From assembly GCA_963832655.1 (NCBI GenBank), contig CAWHUW010000005.1:342359-406358 (forward strand): DNA of 64,000 nucleotides, read 5' to 3'. Source of the stretch: an uncultured Thermoleophilia bacterium (lineage in GTDB: Bacteria > Actinomycetota > Thermoleophilia > UBA2241). This document shows positions 61,095 to 64,000 of the stretch, piece after piece. Each line of letters starts with the position of its first letter. The first letter of the stretch is position 1. Below the pieces are notes generated by a model. It did not search any database, was not told the DNA's origin, and worked only from the letters and a program-made list of their open reading frames with translations. The translations under genes and the position numbers were made by a program.

Positions 61095-61166
61095 GCGGCC
61101 AGTCTATCGAAGCGCCGGCCGGCGACGTGCCTTGCGCGGCAGCACCGGGGCGGTGAGGATAGCGTC

Positions 61167-61958
61167 GTGGACGACAACGCCAAGCTCCCCGTCGCGGCCT
61201 CCTGGTTCTCCGTCACCTGGTTGACGGCGAGGACGGCCGTCCTCGCGGAGCCTCACGTCAACGAGTTTCTGCAGGGCAGCATCTGGTACCTGCGCGGCCG
61301 CGAGCGCGATCTGCTGGTGGATACCGGGAACGGAGTGGCGCCGCTGCGCCCGGTGCTCGCGCGTTTCACGCGCGGCGGCCGGCCGCGCGAGATCGTCGCC
61401 CTGTGCACGCACGCCCACGCCGACCACGTCGGCGGCTTCCACGAGTTCGACCGTCGGCTGCTGCACCCGACCGAGGCGGAGGCCGCGGCCCGAGCCGGTG
61501 ACGAGGCGCCGCTGCTCGCGGCGACGTGGGTGGCCAAGCTGGGTGAGGAGCTTGCCGAAGAAGGGCTTCCGCCCGTGCTCGTCGACGCCGCACCGCACGC
61601 CGGCTTCGACCCCGCCGCCTTCCGCATCACCCCCGCCGCCCCTACGCACTTCGTGCAGGGCGGCGACGTCATCGACCTCGGGGACCGGACGCTGACGGTG
61701 ATCGACCTCCCGGGCCACACCCCGGGCAGCGTCGGACTCCTGGACGAGCGGGAGGGCGCCCTTCTCTCAGGTGACGCCGTCTACGACGACGAGCTCATCG
61801 ACACGCTGCCTGAGTCCGACGTCGAGCAGTACGCGCGAACCATGGAGCGACTCCGCGCGCTCGAGATCGACGTCGTCTACCCCGGGCACGGGGAGCCTTT
61901 CGGGCCCGAGTGCCTGCGGCAGATCGCCGAGGCCTACCTGCGCCGCGTCGGCGGGTGA
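61167..61958 (+). CDS. MBL-fold metallo-hydrolase
   Basis: Motifs THAHADHVGG, PGHTPGS and GHG. The GTG 61167 start after GGTGAGGA is tentative. Confidence 0.8.
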   Translation: MDDNAKLPVAASWFSVTWLTARTAVLAEPHVNEFLQGSIWYLRGRERDLLVDTGNGVAPLRPVLARFTRGGRPREIVALCTHAHADHVGGFHEFDRRLLHPTEAEAAARAGDEAPLLAATWVAKLGEELAEEGLPPVLVDAAPHAGFDPAAFRITPAAPTHFVQGGDVIDLGDRTLTVIDLPGHTPGSVGLLDEREGALLSGDAVYDDELIDTLPESDVEQYARTMERLRALEIDVVYPGHGEPFGPECLRQIAEAYLRRVGG

Positions 61959-62000
61959 CGCGGCGCCTCGGGGCGAGGCCCGGCGCCTCGGTCTCTCGCC

Positions 62001-63215
62001 TCAGCCCGCCTCGTGGCGGCACACCGACGCGTCGGCGAAGCCACGCGGCTCCAGACCCTTGTGCTTCTCGGCGATCGTGTCGGCGAGCGCGTCGAGCGCC
62101 GCGAAGTCGGTCTCGCGCGGCATCCCCTTGACCATCACGGGCTCGAGGAGCTCGACCTTGAGCTTGGGCATCATCCCGACGAGCGTGTCCACCGTCTTGC
62201 CCGCCCAGCCGTACGAGCCGATCACGGTGGCGTACTTGGCCTGCGGCCGCAGGGCGTTGGCCAGGAACGCGGCGTGCGCGGCCAGCGGGTGCGGCCCGGT
62301 CAGCACCGTGGGCGTGCCGAGCACGATCGTGCCGGCGTGGACGAGCGAGCTCGCCAGCTCGCCGAGGTCGACCGTCGTGAGGTCGAAGCGCTCGACGGCG
62401 ACGCCGCGGTCGACGAGCGCCGTCGTGAGGTGGTCGACCATGAGCCGCGTGCTGTCGTGCATGGTGACGTACGGCAGACACACGATGTTGCGCGGCTCGC
62501 CACCTGCCCAGTCGCGGTAGGCGTCGATGATGAACCCCGGGTCGTCGTAGACGGGGCCGTGACTGGGGGCGACGTACGCGATGGAGAACTGCGTGACCTT
62601 GTCGATGTTCTTCGTCACCTGGGACCCGAACGGCATCATGATCTCGGCGTAGTAGCGCTTGGCGCCGTCGTAGACTTCGTGCTTGTCGGCGAACACGTCG
62701 CTGGTGGCGTAGTGCGAGCCGAAGAAGTCGCAGCTGAAGAGGACTTTGTCCTCCTCGAGGTAGGTACTCATCGTCTCGGGCCAGTGGACCCAGGGCGTGA
62801 AGAGGAACCTGAGCGTCTTGTCACCGAGCGAGAGCGTCTCGCCGTCGGCCACGACGTGGAAGCGCGCGTCGTCGACGTGGAGGTGGTCGATCAGCATGCC
62901 CTTCGCCTTCTCATCGCAGACGATGGTGATGCCGGGGTAACGCTCGAGGACGAGCGGCGTCGAGCCCGAGTGGTCCTGCTCCACGTGGTGGATGACGAGG
63001 TAATCGGGCGCGGGCAGCTCGTCGAGCTGCGCCGCCAGCTCCGGCCACTTGGCCGGGTCGACGGTGTCGAGCAGCACGCTCTTCTCGCTGCCCTTGACGA
63101 AGTAGGAGTTGTAGCTCGTGCCGTCGGGAAGCGGGATGAGGGCGTCGAACAGACGCCGGTCCCAATCGACGGCGCCGATGAGGTAGACGTTCGGGACGAT
63201 CTGACGTGGCTTCAT
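62001..63215 (-). CDS. Flavodiiron protein (FprA-type O2/NO reductase)
   Basis: Diiron motif VIHHVEQDHSG, TPWVHWPETM, and a C-terminal flavodoxin-like domain (TIVLGTPT, IGSYGWAG). Confidence 0.9.
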   Translation of the reverse strand: MKPRQIVPNVYLIGAVDWDRRLFDALIPLPDGTSYNSYFVKGSEKSVLLDTVDPAKWPELAAQLDELPAPDYLVIHHVEQDHSGSTPLVLERYPGITIVCDEKAKGMLIDHLHVDDARFHVVADGETLSLGDKTLRFLFTPWVHWPETMSTYLEEDKVLFSCDFFGSHYATSDVFADKHEVYDGAKRYYAEIMMPFGSQVTKNIDKVTQFSIAYVAPSHGPVYDDPGFIIDAYRDWAGGEPRNIVCLPYVTMHDSTRLMVDHLTTALVDRGVAVERFDLTTVDLGELASSLVHAGTIVLGTPTVLTGPHPLAAHAAFLANALRPQAKYATVIGSYGWAGKTVDTLVGMMPKLKVELLEPVMVKGMPRETDFAALDALADTIAEKHKGLEPRGFADASVCRHEAG

Positions 63216-63358
63216 GGCGCTCCTCGAGGGGTATCGAGAGATGGCGTACCGACCTGCCTCTGAGTATATCCGCGGAGCCCGGACTCACTCCCGACGAATG
63301 GACGAAAACGCGGGCGCGAGCTAGCCACGCGGTCAGGGCGACAAGAGGAGCGGCGGCG

Positions 63359-63781
63359 ATGGAACCACGGATCAGCGTGATCACCCTGGGCGTGGCGGAC
63401 GTGCCGAGGGCCCGAGCGTTCTACGAGGCCCTCGGCTGGCCGCTGAGCGGCGAGCCGGAAGCCGGCGTGGCGTTCTTCCGCAACGCCGGCTCGCGGCTCG
63501 CCCTGTACGCGCTCGCCGGGATCGCCGAGGAGGCCGGACAGACGCCGGCGCCCCCCGGGTCGATCCGCATGACGCCGGCGATGAACGTCGAGAGCAGGGA
63601 GCTCGTGGACGCCGCCCTGGACGAGGCGGTGCGGGCCGGCGGCACGCTGTTGCGGCCGGCCCAGGACCGCTTCTGGGGCGGCTACTCGGGCTACTTCGCG
63701 GACCTCGATGGCCACGCCTGGGAGGTCGCCTTCAACCCGTTCTGGCCGATCGGCGAGGACGGGCTGCCGGAGCTGCCCTGA
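63359..63781 (+). CDS. VOC (glyoxalase/bleomycin resistance) family protein
   Basis: ISVITLGVADVPRARAFYEALGW and GYFADLDGHAWEV motifs. The ATG follows AGAGGAG. Confidence 0.85.
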   Translation: MEPRISVITLGVADVPRARAFYEALGWPLSGEPEAGVAFFRNAGSRLALYALAGIAEEAGQTPAPPGSIRMTPAMNVESRELVDAALDEAVRAGGTLLRPAQDRFWGGYSGYFADLDGHAWEVAFNPFWPIGEDGLPELP

Positions 63782-63785
63782 CGGC

Positions 63786-64000
63786 CTAGCCGCTCCCGCT
63801 CAACGCCAGCAGTGTCACGGCGACCACCGTCGCCGTGATGCCGGCGATCTGCACTCTCGCCGGCCGCTCGCGCAGGACCGCCATGCCGAGGATCGCCGAC
63901 ATGGTGCCGGTCTGGGCGGCCAGGACGGACGCGGTCGCGACCGGGCCGATCGCCGTGGCCGCGACCCAGGCCGTGAAGCCGGCCACGTCGATCACCCCGC
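63786..64000 (-). CDS. C-terminal fragment of a DMT/EamA-like transporter; start lies outside the window
   Basis: Hydrophobic translation ending ...LRERPARVQIAGITATVVAVTLLALSGSG*. The frame is open to the window edge. Confidence 0.45.
   Translation of the reverse strand, partial: GVIDVAGFTAWVAATAIGPVATASVLAAQTGTMSAILGMAVLRERPARVQIAGITATVVAVTLLALSGSG

Noticed and set aside
61960-62000. Short direct repeat GGCGCCTCGG x2 and a 6-bp stem between the convergent MBL and flavodiiron genes, considered as a bidirectional terminator.
   Set aside because: The stem is only 6 bp with a 3-nt loop and no T-tract on either strand. That is too weak to call.

Overview
Very GC-rich bacterial chromosome segment. 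GTG starts and 4-nt GTGA/ATGA gene overlaps are frequent, which fits an Actinomycetota-like genome. All product calls rest on motif recognition from memory, not on searches.

Gene content, left to right:
- Envelope genes: a GT87-like membrane protein, a DUF2064-radical SAM/SPASM fusion and a secreted beta-sandwich protein.
- A Zn-ADH, an ABC-2 exporter with a LolA-like protein, and lgt.
- A roughly 12 kb cyclic-amide catabolic island (12.3-23.9 kb): two SDRs, HyuB/HyuA, a C45 acyltransferase, a deacetylase, a five-gene amide-type ABC importer and a divergent TetR with a perfect 20-bp palindrome.
- A 1032-bp IS481-family element with CTAG target duplication.
- A run of five heavily frameshifted genes (25.0-32.7 kb): USP, HAD-GH65 phosphorylase, a class V aminotransferase, homoserine dehydrogenase and a membrane repeat protein.
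- DUF5658, a class III aminotransferase and an APC permease.
- A molybdenum-hydroxylase locus (36.8-49.2 kb). The operon yqeC-mocA-xdhC-yqeB plus a MOT-type molybdate transporter lies divergent from two tandem three-subunit xanthine-dehydrogenase-family enzymes.
- TetR, a DUF126/HisD-like pair, and a pyrB-pckA-cyclic amidohydrolase-degenerate PRTase operon.
- A pyrrolysine-free MtmB homolog with a corrinoid protein and an XRE-cupin regulator.
- DMT, MBL, flavodiiron and VOC genes.

Most interesting observations:
- The YqeB/YqeC marker pair for selenium-dependent molybdenum hydroxylases sits next to two hydroxylase sets.
- The MtmB-like/corrinoid pair has TAC (Tyr) aligned to the UAG/pyrrolysine position of archaeal MtmB.
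- Frameshifts are distributed very unevenly across the window.

No rRNA, tRNA or CRISPR array was recognised.
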